This document shows, in pieces, positions 16,837 through 25,814 of a stretch of 39,913 nt of DNA. Source of the stretch: Cytophagales bacterium (GTDB lineage Bacteria; Bacteroidota; Bacteroidia; Cytophagales; Cyclobacteriaceae); assembly GCA_024643455.1 (NCBI GenBank), contig JAHEMV010000002.1, positions 1 to 39,913 on the forward strand. Reading direction: 5' to 3'. Under the pieces are notes generated by a model. That model saw nothing but the letters and a program-made list of their open reading frames with translations. It had not been told where the DNA came from and ran no database searches. Both the position numbers and the translations under genes were made by a program. The first letter of the stretch is position 1. Every line of letters begins with the position of its first letter.

Positions 16837-19050
16837 ATGCGGAGATTCGGACTATTTTTTTTAACTTTTTTCTTTTTTTACAACACTATTTTCGCGCAAA
16901 TCACAGTAGATCATTGGGAATCAGTGGTGAATGCTGAAAACACCTGGAAATATTTCTTAGGCTCAAGCGAACCTTCTGCATCATGGATTAATGCTGATTT
17001 TGATGACAATTCGTGGAGCGAAGGCATTGGGGGATTTGGATACGGTGATGATGACGACGGTACCGATATTGGCGCAGTTAGTTCGGTATTTTTACGAATT
17101 AAATTCACAATAAACGATTTAACGGAAGTAGAAAAAGCGATTTTGCTTGCAGATTACGATGATGCCTATGTGGCCTACCTCAATGGAACCGAAATTGCAA
17201 GAAACGGAATTAGCGGAACAAGACCACTTTATAATCAATTCGCGGATATAGAACATGAAGCAAGTTTATATCAGGGCTTTTACCCTACGGAAATCCAGTT
17301 CACAAAAGAAAAGATCGAAACACGATTTGTGGTAGGTGAAAATATACTTGCCATACAAGTACACAATATCAATGCTTCTTCATCTGATCTTTCATCCAAT
17401 TTTTACCTGATTTTAGGACTAAACGTTTCGACTACACAATATCAGCCCGCACCTGATTGGTTCATAATTCCGCAGGAATATGGCACTTCAAATCTTCCCA
17501 TTGTAAAAATTGATACTCAGGGAGGAGTTATTTTTGATGAGCCTAAAATCAATGCTAAAATGGGAATTATTAATAATGGTGAAGGCAATTTAAATTCTAT
17601 AGATGATCCTTTTAATGACTATAATGGAAATATTGGCATCGAAATTCGTGGATCTTCATCACAAATGTTCCCTAAAAAACAATATGCTGTAGAATTATGG
17701 ACTTCGACTGGATTGGATACTTCGGCCGCAATTCTAGGAATGCCAGTTGAAGAGGATTGGATACTTAGCGCACCGTATTCAGATAAGTCATTGATACGGA
17801 ATGTGCTTACTTACAAGCTTGGAGCTGATCTAGGCAGATATGCACCGCGCACCAGATTATGCGAACTTTATCTGAATGAACAATATCAGGGTGTTTATGT
17901 TTTTATGGAAAAAATAAAAAGGGACAAAAATAGAGTGGACATAAATACACTAAATCCTGATGAAAACACTGGTGACGATTTGACGGGTGGATATATTGTG
18001 AAAATAGATAAATTTGATGGTGCCACTCAAGGAATCGGATGGGATAGCCCCATTCCACCGCCAAATCGATCCAACTATAATTCAGTAATTCACTTTCAAT
18101 ATCACTATCCCAGTGAAAGTCAAATCACCAATGAACAGGGCAACTATATTCAAAATGCAATTACAGATTTCGAAAAGGCTCTTATTAGCCCTAAATATTT
18201 AGATATCGGTAAAGGATACCGGAATTATATCGATGTCGAATCCTTCATCGACTTTGCGATAATGAATGAATTGTCGCATAATGTTGATGGTTATCGGCTT
18301 AGTACTTTTTTATATAAGGATAAAGATAGCAAGGATAGTAAAATTTATATAGGACCATTATGGGATTTTAACCTTGCCTTTGGTAACGCAGATTATAATG
18401 ATGGCGGTTTGACTTCAGGTTGGGAATGGGATTTCAATGATAAATACCCTGATGATTATTGGATGAATCCCTTCTGGTGGAAACGATTTTTAAGAGATCC
18501 CGAATATGTCCTCCAATTCCAGAATAGATGGACCGAGCTAAGAGCTGGATTATTTAGCAATGAGAAGATCATGTATTACATTGATTCCGTTGTAACCGTA
18601 CTTGAAGAACCTCAAAAACGCAACTTTACCAAATGGCCTATTTTAAATCAATATGTATGGCCAAATAATTATGTTGGTAATAGCTACCCCAATGAGATCA
18701 AATACCTGAAAGATTGGATAACTAACAGATTAGCATGGCTAGATAGCAATATTGCTCGTTTGGAAGTGGTAACAGGGCTGGAAGACCTTAAGGATGAAAA
18801 GCCAATTTCGATCTACCCAAATCCCAATGATGGAAATTTCCATGTTATCATTAATCAACTCGCCTGGTCTGATCTTGATTTTAATTTGCACGACAATCTT
18901 GGCAGATTGGTGTATCATCAAGAAATTCATCCAGGAATTGATCCTGATCATATATTAAATACCAATTTACTCAATGATGGCATCTATTTTATGCGAATTA
19001 CAAGTAAGGACAAATTAATACACAGCGAGAAAATTGTAGTAAATCGATAA
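16837..19050 (+). CDS. CotH kinase family protein with T9SS type-A C-terminal sorting domain
   Basis: 737-aa ORF with a signal peptide (FFLTFFFFYNTIFA-Q). The central region has CotH-like blocks (PKKQYAVEL, GGYIVKIDK, LWDFNLAFGNADY). The C-terminal ~80 aa (ISIYPNPNDGNFHV...GIYFMRI) match the Por/T9SS sorting-domain pattern. Confidence 0.8.
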   Translation: MRRFGLFFLTFFFFYNTIFAQITVDHWESVVNAENTWKYFLGSSEPSASWINADFDDNSWSEGIGGFGYGDDDDGTDIGAVSSVFLRIKFTINDLTEVEKAILLADYDDAYVAYLNGTEIARNGISGTRPLYNQFADIEHEASLYQGFYPTEIQFTKEKIETRFVVGENILAIQVHNINASSSDLSSNFYLILGLNVSTTQYQPAPDWFIIPQEYGTSNLPIVKIDTQGGVIFDEPKINAKMGIINNGEGNLNSIDDPFNDYNGNIGIEIRGSSSQMFPKKQYAVELWTSTGLDTSAAILGMPVEEDWILSAPYSDKSLIRNVLTYKLGADLGRYAPRTRLCELYLNEQYQGVYVFMEKIKRDKNRVDINTLNPDENTGDDLTGGYIVKIDKFDGATQGIGWDSPIPPPNRSNYNSVIHFQYHYPSESQITNEQGNYIQNAITDFEKALISPKYLDIGKGYRNYIDVESFIDFAIMNELSHNVDGYRLSTFLYKDKDSKDSKIYIGPLWDFNLAFGNADYNDGGLTSGWEWDFNDKYPDDYWMNPFWWKRFLRDPEYVLQFQNRWTELRAGLFSNEKIMYYIDSVVTVLEEPQKRNFTKWPILNQYVWPNNYVGNSYPNEIKYLKDWITNRLAWLDSNIARLEVVTGLEDLKDEKPISIYPNPNDGNFHVIINQLAWSDLDFNLHDNLGRLVYHQEIHPGIDPDHILNTNLLNDGIYFMRITSKDKLIHSEKIVVNR

Positions 19051-19110
19051 CTAAAATTGGTCATCTATTTTTAGAAGTTGATATTTTTTAATGCTTTAGA
19101 ATTTATACAA

Positions 19111-21258
19111 ATGAAAAAGTTAATCATTATTGCAACTATAGGCGGAATGCTTTATGGTTGCTCGGAATCAAAAGTAAAATCCATTCAAAATCCGGTTATT
19201 AAAGTGAATTATCCAGAAACAAAAACAATCGATCATTTCGACAATTACTTTGGAACAAACGTTTCTGATCCTTATCGATGGTTGGAAGATGACTTATCTG
19301 CTGAAACGGAAGAATGGGTCAAAGCTCAAAATCAAGTCACTTTTGGTTATCTTAAACAAATTCCGTTTAGGGATAATATCCATAATCGATTGGAAAAATT
19401 ATGGAATTATGAAAAGGTTGGCTCACCTTCTCACTATGGAAAGTATTATTATTTCTACAAAAACGATGGTTTACAAAATCAATTTGTATTGTATCGAAAA
19501 CCTGATTTGGATTCAAATGATGCCGAAGTATTTATTGATCCGAATACATTTTCGAAAGACGGAACGATCTCATTGTCTGGCTTAGGATTCACAAAAGATG
19601 GATCTTTGATGGCCTATATGATTTCAGAAAGTGGTTCGGATTGGAATAAAATTATTATTAAGGACACGGAATCCAGTAAAATATTGGGAGATACGCTCAT
19701 TGATGTCAAATTTAGTGGACTTGCATGGAAAGGAAATGAAGGCTTTTATTATAGTAGCTATGATAAACCAAAAGAAGGGAGTACGTTGTCAGGTAAAACT
19801 CAATTTCACAAACTTTTCTATCACAAGTTGGGTACTGATCAGAAAACCGATTTACTTATTTTCGGTGGTGAAAAACAACCCCGGCGATATATTGGTGCAT
19901 ATTTGACTGAGGATGAGCATTACCTGGTAATTACTGCCGCCGAAAGCACAAGTGGAAATGAATTGTATGTTAAGGATTTGTCAGACAATAACAATCCAAT
20001 TATTCAAATCACTAAAGGCTATGAAAATGATCATAAAATTGTTGACAACGATGGAACCAGGCTAATTATTGAAACAAATCTCAATGCGCCAAACAATAGA
20101 CTTGTCAATGTCGACTTTGTATCCCCTACTCCAGAAAATTGGAAAGATCTGATTCCGGAAACAGAAAATGTATTATCAACTTCAACAGGTGGAGGTTTTA
20201 TATTTGCCTCTTATATGGTCGATGTAAAATCAAAAATAATTCAATATGACAATCATGGAAAACTAATCCGTGAAGTAGAACTACCAGCCATAGGTACGGC
20301 TACCGGTTTCAGCTCCAAAAAAGATGAAATGGTTCTGTATTATAATTTTACCTCATTTACCTATCCAGGAACAATTTTTAAATACGATATAGCCTCAGGA
20401 CAATCAGAACTTTATTGGAAACCTATTATTGATTTTAATCCTGATGATTATGTGACAGAACAAGTTTTCTATGAATCAAAAGATGGGACCAAAGTCCCCA
20501 TGTTTATAGTGTACAAAAATGGCTTAATCAAAAATGGTAAGAATCCTACTTTGTTATATGCATATGGTGGTTTTAATATTAGCCTGACGCCAACTTTTAG
20601 TTTGTCAAGAATTATCTTACTGGAAAATGGAGGTATTTATGCACAACCAAATTTAAGAGGTGGCGGTGAATACGGTGAAAAATGGCATAAAGCTGGCACC
20701 AAAATGCAGAAACAGAATGTATTTGACGATTTTATAGCTGCTGGTGAATATCTAAAAGAAAATAAATATACATCTACTGATTATTTAGCAATTTCAGGTG
20801 GATCCAATGGGGGATTGCTCATTGGTGCTACCATTACACAAAGACCTGATCTGGCAGGAGTTGCTTTTCCGGCAGTTGGTGTCTTGGATATGCTGCGCTA
20901 TCATAAATTTACATCTGGCGCAGGCTGGACTTCGGACTATGGAAATTCCGATGAATCTGAAGAAATGTTTAAATACTTACTAAATTACTCCCCTGTCCAA
21001 AATGTTAAAGAAGCTCAATATCCTGCAACATTAGTTACTACTGGAGATCATGATGATCGAGTTGTTCCTGCACATTCATTCAAATTTGCAGCCGAATTAC
21101 AAAAAATGCAGAAAGGAGAAAGGCCTGTTTTAATTCGGATAGAAACGAAAGCAGGGCATGGTGCAGGTAAACCAACAGCAAAGGTTATTGAAGAAGAGAC
21201 AGATAAGTGGGCATTTTTCTTTTATAACACCAATAGCCCGGTAATTTATGTCAAATAA
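19111..21258 (+). CDS. Prolyl oligopeptidase (peptidase S9A), predicted lipoprotein
   Basis: ATG at 19111 gives MKKLIIIATIGGMLYGC-SE (lipobox); the track starts at TTG 19078. Catalytic triad context: ISGGSNGGLL (Ser), TTGDHDDRVVP (Asp) and KAGHGAGKP (His). Confidence 0.9.
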   Translation: MKKLIIIATIGGMLYGCSESKVKSIQNPVIKVNYPETKTIDHFDNYFGTNVSDPYRWLEDDLSAETEEWVKAQNQVTFGYLKQIPFRDNIHNRLEKLWNYEKVGSPSHYGKYYYFYKNDGLQNQFVLYRKPDLDSNDAEVFIDPNTFSKDGTISLSGLGFTKDGSLMAYMISESGSDWNKIIIKDTESSKILGDTLIDVKFSGLAWKGNEGFYYSSYDKPKEGSTLSGKTQFHKLFYHKLGTDQKTDLLIFGGEKQPRRYIGAYLTEDEHYLVITAAESTSGNELYVKDLSDNNNPIIQITKGYENDHKIVDNDGTRLIIETNLNAPNNRLVNVDFVSPTPENWKDLIPETENVLSTSTGGGFIFASYMVDVKSKIIQYDNHGKLIREVELPAIGTATGFSSKKDEMVLYYNFTSFTYPGTIFKYDIASGQSELYWKPIIDFNPDDYVTEQVFYESKDGTKVPMFIVYKNGLIKNGKNPTLLYAYGGFNISLTPTFSLSRIILLENGGIYAQPNLRGGGEYGEKWHKAGTKMQKQNVFDDFIAAGEYLKENKYTSTDYLAISGGSNGGLLIGATITQRPDLAGVAFPAVGVLDMLRYHKFTSGAGWTSDYGNSDESEEMFKYLLNYSPVQNVKEAQYPATLVTTGDHDDRVVPAHSFKFAAELQKMQKGERPVLIRIETKAGHGAGKPTAKVIEEETDKWAFFFYNTNSPVIYVK

Positions 21259-21275
21259 AAAAGCACAAATTATCC

Positions 21276-22418
21276 ATGAAAAAAATTAAAGTAGCTGTTG
21301 CCGGTTTGGGTTTTATTGGTCCTGCTCACATTGAAGCACTGCGACGTATTCCAAATATTGAGGTTGTGGCCATCAGCGATATCGATGAAGCAACAGCAAA
21401 GGCAAAGGCTACTAGTCTTGGAATTGAAAAATATACAGCCAATTTCGATCAGTTATTGAATATGGATATTGACAGCATTCATATTTGTACCCCCAATAAC
21501 CTTCATTTTCCAATGGCAAGAAAAGCATTGATTGCTGGAAAGCACGTCATTTGTGAGAAACCCCTTGCTACAACGATTTCCGAAGCTGAAGAGCTGGTTT
21601 CACTAGCAGCAAAAAAACAACTGGTCAATGCTGTTCATTTTAATATCCGATATTATCCACTGGTTCGGCAGATGAAAGTGATGCGCGAAAAAGGAGAACT
21701 CGGCGAAGTCTATTCGGTAATTGGATCCTATCTCCAGGATTGGTTATTTTATGAAACGGATTATAATTGGCGGCTTGAACCCGAACAATCAGGCGAATCC
21801 AGAGCCATCGCTGATATTGGCTCTCATCTGATCGATTTATTGGAATACATCAGTGGACTTGAAATTACAGAAGTAATGGCCGATTTCAATACCATTCATA
21901 AAACACGCAAAAAGCCATTAAAACCCATAGAAACCTATTCGGGGAAATTACTCAAAACAGAAGATTATGCAGATGTGGCTATAAATACTGAAGATCATGC
22001 CAATGTATTGTTGCGGTTTAACAATGGAAATCGTGGATCGATTATGGTGAGCCAGGTTGCGGCTGGAAGAAAAAACCGTCTCAGTCTTGAAATTGCGGGA
22101 TCAAAACAATCATTCTCCTGGACATCTGAACAACCTAATGATTTATGGATTGGGAAGCGAGATGCTCCTAATGGATTTTTAATGCGTGACCCTTCCCTAT
22201 TTGATGAAAAAGCGCGAAGTCTTATTTCCTTTCCAGGCGGGCATAACGAAGGATTTCCAGATACATCCAAGCAGTTATTCAAAGAAGTGTATGCCGCTAT
22301 TGCTGCGAATAGTATACAAAATCCTTCCTTTCCAACATTCAAGGATGGATTGAGAGAACTAGTGTTATGCGAACGGATCATAGAAAGCAATAAGAAACAA
22401 GCCTGGGTGAAGGTTTAA
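21276..22418 (+). CDS. Gfo/Idh/MocA family oxidoreductase
   Basis: 380-aa ORF starting 17 nt after the peptidase stop. Rossmann motif KVAVAGLGFIGPAH and family motif ICEKPLA. Confidence 0.85.
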   Translation: MKKIKVAVAGLGFIGPAHIEALRRIPNIEVVAISDIDEATAKAKATSLGIEKYTANFDQLLNMDIDSIHICTPNNLHFPMARKALIAGKHVICEKPLATTISEAEELVSLAAKKQLVNAVHFNIRYYPLVRQMKVMREKGELGEVYSVIGSYLQDWLFYETDYNWRLEPEQSGESRAIADIGSHLIDLLEYISGLEITEVMADFNTIHKTRKKPLKPIETYSGKLLKTEDYADVAINTEDHANVLLRFNNGNRGSIMVSQVAAGRKNRLSLEIAGSKQSFSWTSEQPNDLWIGKRDAPNGFLMRDPSLFDEKARSLISFPGGHNEGFPDTSKQLFKEVYAAIAANSIQNPSFPTFKDGLRELVLCERIIESNKKQAWVKV

Positions 22419-22430
22419 AACTAAAAAAAC

Positions 22431-22453
22431 AAAAAGCCTCAATGAGGCTTTTT
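22431..22453. terminator. Bidirectional intrinsic terminator between convergent genes
   Basis: AAAAAGCCTC (22431-22440), loop AAT, GAGGCTTTTT (22444-22453). This is a perfect 10-bp stem with an A-tract and a T-tract on either side. Confidence 0.75.
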
Positions 22454-22478
22454 AATTATCTTCAAAACAGAATTTAGA

Positions 22479-23648
22479 TTATTCGCTTGTGGAAAATTTC
22501 CAGATTGTAGTGGTGTTGTATTCCTCTTCAGGATTCAATACCACACTCGGAAAATCAGGGTGGTTTGGTGAATCCGGATAATGCTCAGGCTCAAAACACA
22601 TACCATACCGTTGATTATATACAACTCCATATTTTCCAGTTAACGTGCCATCCAAAAAATTACCAGTATAAAATTGTACCGCAGGTTCTGTGGTAGCAAG
22701 TTCAAAAACCCTACCACTTGTCGGATCAACAGCTTTCACTACCCAATCCAGTGCATCTTCTACGGGCTTATCAAGTACCCAGCAATGGTCATATCCTCCC
22801 CCTAACTTGAGTTGTTCGTCTGGATTGTTAATTCGGTCCCCGACTGTTGTCAACTGATTGAAATCGAAAGGTGTACCTGAAACAGGAAGAAATACACCTG
22901 TTGGAATTAATCCGGCGTCGACAGGCACCATACTATTTGATTTTATCATGACTTCATGTCCAAGTATATCTCCTTTGGCATTACCGGTTAGATTAAAGTA
23001 GCTATGTTGCGTTATGTTGACAACTGTTGTTTTATCAGTGGTAGCAGAATAATTAATTTCGATGGTGTTGTCCTCATGGATGGTATAAACAACCTGAACG
23101 TCAAGATTTCCTGGATATCCTTCTTCCATATCTTCGCTCAAATAATGTAGTTTTACTCCTGCTGATTCAGGATTTATAAAAGGTTCCGCATCCCATATTA
23201 CCTTATCAAATCCTTTCAGTCCACCGTGCAAATGGTTTTCTCCATTGTTTACTGCCAAAGTATATTCTTCGCCATTTAAGGAAAACTTCCCTTTTGCTAT
23301 ACGATTGCCATACCTACCTACGATCGCTCCAAAATAAGGCGTTGCCTTGATATAATCATCCAGATTGTCATATCCTAAAACCACGTCTTCAACAATACCG
23401 TTTTTATCCGGAAACATAATATTGGTCACTATCCCTCCATAATTTATAATACGAACTTCCAATCCATTTTTATTTGAAAGGATATATTGGGTTACTGAAT
23501 CACCATTGGGGGTTACACCGAATTTTTTTGTTTGTACATCAAAAAGCATTACTTCCTCAACTTCCTGATTATCCTTTTTTTTATCAGGCTGGCAAGCATA
23601 AAAAAGGCAAAAACCTAAAAAACCTAAAAGTATTGGTCTAATCATCAT
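22479..23648 (-). CDS. galM: Aldose 1-epimerase (galactose mutarotase), predicted lipoprotein
   Basis: 389-aa ORF. Lipobox-like GFCLFYAC-Q. Mutarotase blocks NHLHGGLKGFD, TQHSYFNL and CFEPEHYPDSPN. Confidence 0.9.
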   Translation of the reverse strand: MMIRPILLGFLGFCLFYACQPDKKKDNQEVEEVMLFDVQTKKFGVTPNGDSVTQYILSNKNGLEVRIINYGGIVTNIMFPDKNGIVEDVVLGYDNLDDYIKATPYFGAIVGRYGNRIAKGKFSLNGEEYTLAVNNGENHLHGGLKGFDKVIWDAEPFINPESAGVKLHYLSEDMEEGYPGNLDVQVVYTIHEDNTIEINYSATTDKTTVVNITQHSYFNLTGNAKGDILGHEVMIKSNSMVPVDAGLIPTGVFLPVSGTPFDFNQLTTVGDRINNPDEQLKLGGGYDHCWVLDKPVEDALDWVVKAVDPTSGRVFELATTEPAVQFYTGNFLDGTLTGKYGVVYNQRYGMCFEPEHYPDSPNHPDFPSVVLNPEEEYNTTTIWKFSTSE

Positions 23649-23747
23649 AATAGTATTGATTATATCTAGTCGAAAATATTAAGTAAAAAAATAATTGCTC
23701 AAAGAAAAGAAATTTACGATTAGCATTTAAACTAAATCCTTCAATTA

Positions 23748-24920
23748 TTAATTCAGAAACTGGATAATCCCATATTTGCCATTAATCATCCAATTATGAT
23801 CATACGAATCAAAATGTGTTATTTCGCCAGGTTGTAAACCCGTTATAATTTCAGATTTCAAAATACGGATAGCGACACATTTGGCGGGAAGATATCCTGT
23901 CATCAATTTTGGGTTTGTGTCTCTGGGAATTACACGATCGCCAAAAACTCTCCTATAATTCGCATCTCCTTTTACAATAATTAACTCAGAATCGTTCAGA
24001 CTTTTTGTGACGTTTGCTGGCATCTCATAAAAATGAAGCGGGGAATTCCAAAAAACATTTGTGCTAATGGTTATTTTCTCATGCTCCATATATTCATGGA
24101 TTTCATTGCAAAATTTCACAAGTAATTCATCATTGCTCTTTGCCATTGCATTTAGTAAAATCATGATATCTTTTTCCGTTGCATCCGAAACAAATGTTGG
24201 ATAAGCTTTAACAAGTAATACTACATTCTTATTCAGTGAAGCCAGTTCTCTCGCAAGTAGTAAATCAGTAAACAATTCCATCCCTGAATTATCCAGGATG
24301 ATGGCAATCGAATTGATCTCACGTGAAAGCATTTCGATAATCTCAGCAGAATGGTCGATAATAATATTACTTTTCTGAGTTGCATTTTTAACATTTCGAT
24401 CCAATGATGACTGGCTCAAATCAGACTTGTTTCCCCACAAACTTAATTGCATAATGAAATGAATCAGATCACTTTGATCTAAATCTTCTTTTACGTCTTC
24501 AAGTCGAATTAACAATTCGCTTAACTGACTGATATGCTCATCTATATCTTTTCTTTTGATATTAAAAAAAGGATCAATATTGTTTGAAAAGAAGCCAGTG
24601 GCATCAAGAATCAACCGATAAAAATAGGATTCCACTACATAAAAAGGTGCTTCGAACCAGGTTAGATGTAGATAAGGAGCCATCCATATTTTCCACAGTT
24701 CCTGATCCGGTCCAGTGATTATTGGAATAGTAAGTGCACCATGGAGGATTTTGTGTTTTATCTTTTGTAAATCCGCATTGACTTCAGGTGAAAATAAGTT
24801 TTCGGCTAATATTCCTTCGATTATAGAAGGCAATCTGTTTTCCAAAGTAAATCTTGCGAAAGATCCTTCGCTGGCTCCGGTTATTGGGATATAATCATTG
24901 TGGACATAATTGAATTTCAT
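23748..24920 (-). CDS. DUF89 / ARMT1-like damage-control phosphatase family protein
   Basis: 390-aa ORF with the DUF89 metal-site motifs ILDNSGMELFTDLLLA (DNxGxE) and VKGDANYRR. Confidence 0.75.
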   Translation of the reverse strand: MKFNYVHNDYIPITGASEGSFARFTLENRLPSIIEGILAENLFSPEVNADLQKIKHKILHGALTIPIITGPDQELWKIWMAPYLHLTWFEAPFYVVESYFYRLILDATGFFSNNIDPFFNIKRKDIDEHISQLSELLIRLEDVKEDLDQSDLIHFIMQLSLWGNKSDLSQSSLDRNVKNATQKSNIIIDHSAEIIEMLSREINSIAIILDNSGMELFTDLLLARELASLNKNVVLLVKAYPTFVSDATEKDIMILLNAMAKSNDELLVKFCNEIHEYMEHEKITISTNVFWNSPLHFYEMPANVTKSLNDSELIIVKGDANYRRVFGDRVIPRDTNPKLMTGYLPAKCVAIRILKSEIITGLQPGEITHFDSYDHNWMINGKYGIIQFLN

Positions 24921-25080
24921 GCTATGTATCGATCATTTTTCAAAGTAAAGATCTTGTTTCACTTCAAAAAAAGAAAAAAATGAAAGTCATTAGTTTGAAT
25001 AATTTAGTTCCTTCATAAAACCGAATGCCCAAGTTAACAATCAGTCTTTAAATCGGAACTTCAAAACCCCTATCAGCTTC

Positions 25081-25722
25081 TTAATTTTTCAATTTGTCTT
25101 TAAATACTTTCTCCAGTTTATCAACTTTAGGTTTGATGACAAAACTACAATATGGTTGAGAACCATTTTCATTAAAATAATTTTGATGATAATTCTCTGC
25201 AGGATACATTACTTCAAATGGAACTATTTCTGTTACAATGGGATTTGGAAATGCTTTGGATTCGTTCAACTTCTTTTTATAGGCGCCTGCCAATTCTTTT
25301 TGATGTTCATTGTGGTAGAAAATTGCAGACCGATATTGAGTCCCAACATCGTTACCTTGTCTGTTTAATGTGGTGGGATCATGAGTTTTCCAGAATATTT
25401 CAAGTAATTCTTCATAACTCACGACAGCAGGATCATAACTTAACTGGCAAACTTCTGCATGTCCCGTTGTCCCCTGACAAACCTCCTTGTAGGATGGATT
25501 TTTTACAGATCCACCAGCATATCCTGACACGACTGTATCTACACCTTCAACACGCTGAAATATTGCTTCTACGCACCAAAAGCATCCTGCTCCAAATGTC
25601 GCTAATTCCAAATTATGCTTGTTTTCCATACTGCTTTTTATGTTTGATGTTTTTTGTCCACATGCCTGAATTGTAACAAAAAATAAAATGATGACTGTTG
25701 AAAAGATCTGGTTGTACTTCAT
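25081..25722 (-). CDS. msrA: Peptide-methionine (S)-S-oxide reductase MsrA with lipoprotein-type signal
   Basis: Catalytic motif GAGCFWCVE. The N-terminus from ATG 25722 is [23 protein letters not shown]. The track start at 25728 is a TTG two codons upstream. Confidence 0.9.
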   Translation of the reverse strand: MKYNQIFSTVIILFFVTIQACGQKTSNIKSSMENKHNLELATFGAGCFWCVEAIFQRVEGVDTVVSGYAGGSVKNPSYKEVCQGTTGHAEVCQLSYDPAVVSYEELLEIFWKTHDPTTLNRQGNDVGTQYRSAIFYHNEHQKELAGAYKKKLNESKAFPNPIVTEIVPFEVMYPAENYHQNYFNENGSQPYCSFVIKPKVDKLEKVFKDKLKN

Positions 25723-25814
25723 ATTCAAGATTATGTTACTTTGTAAATTACAGTAGTAAACCAGAATGATATTAAAATGTTTCCCACATTAAGGTAATGG
25801 TCAGCTTAAAGACA

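Noticed and set aside
19078-19110. TTG-initiated 11-codon extension of the prolyl oligopeptidase.
   Set aside because: The ATG at 19111 yields a canonical lipoprotein signal peptide. The extension would bury it.
21995-22390. 131-aa minus-strand ORF inside the Gfo/Idh/MocA gene.
   Set aside because: It is an antisense shadow ORF with no motifs.
25218-25676. 152-aa plus-strand ORF (plus a 70-aa one) antisense to msrA.
   Set aside because: It overlaps a gene with an unmistakable active-site motif, and the product has no recognisable features.
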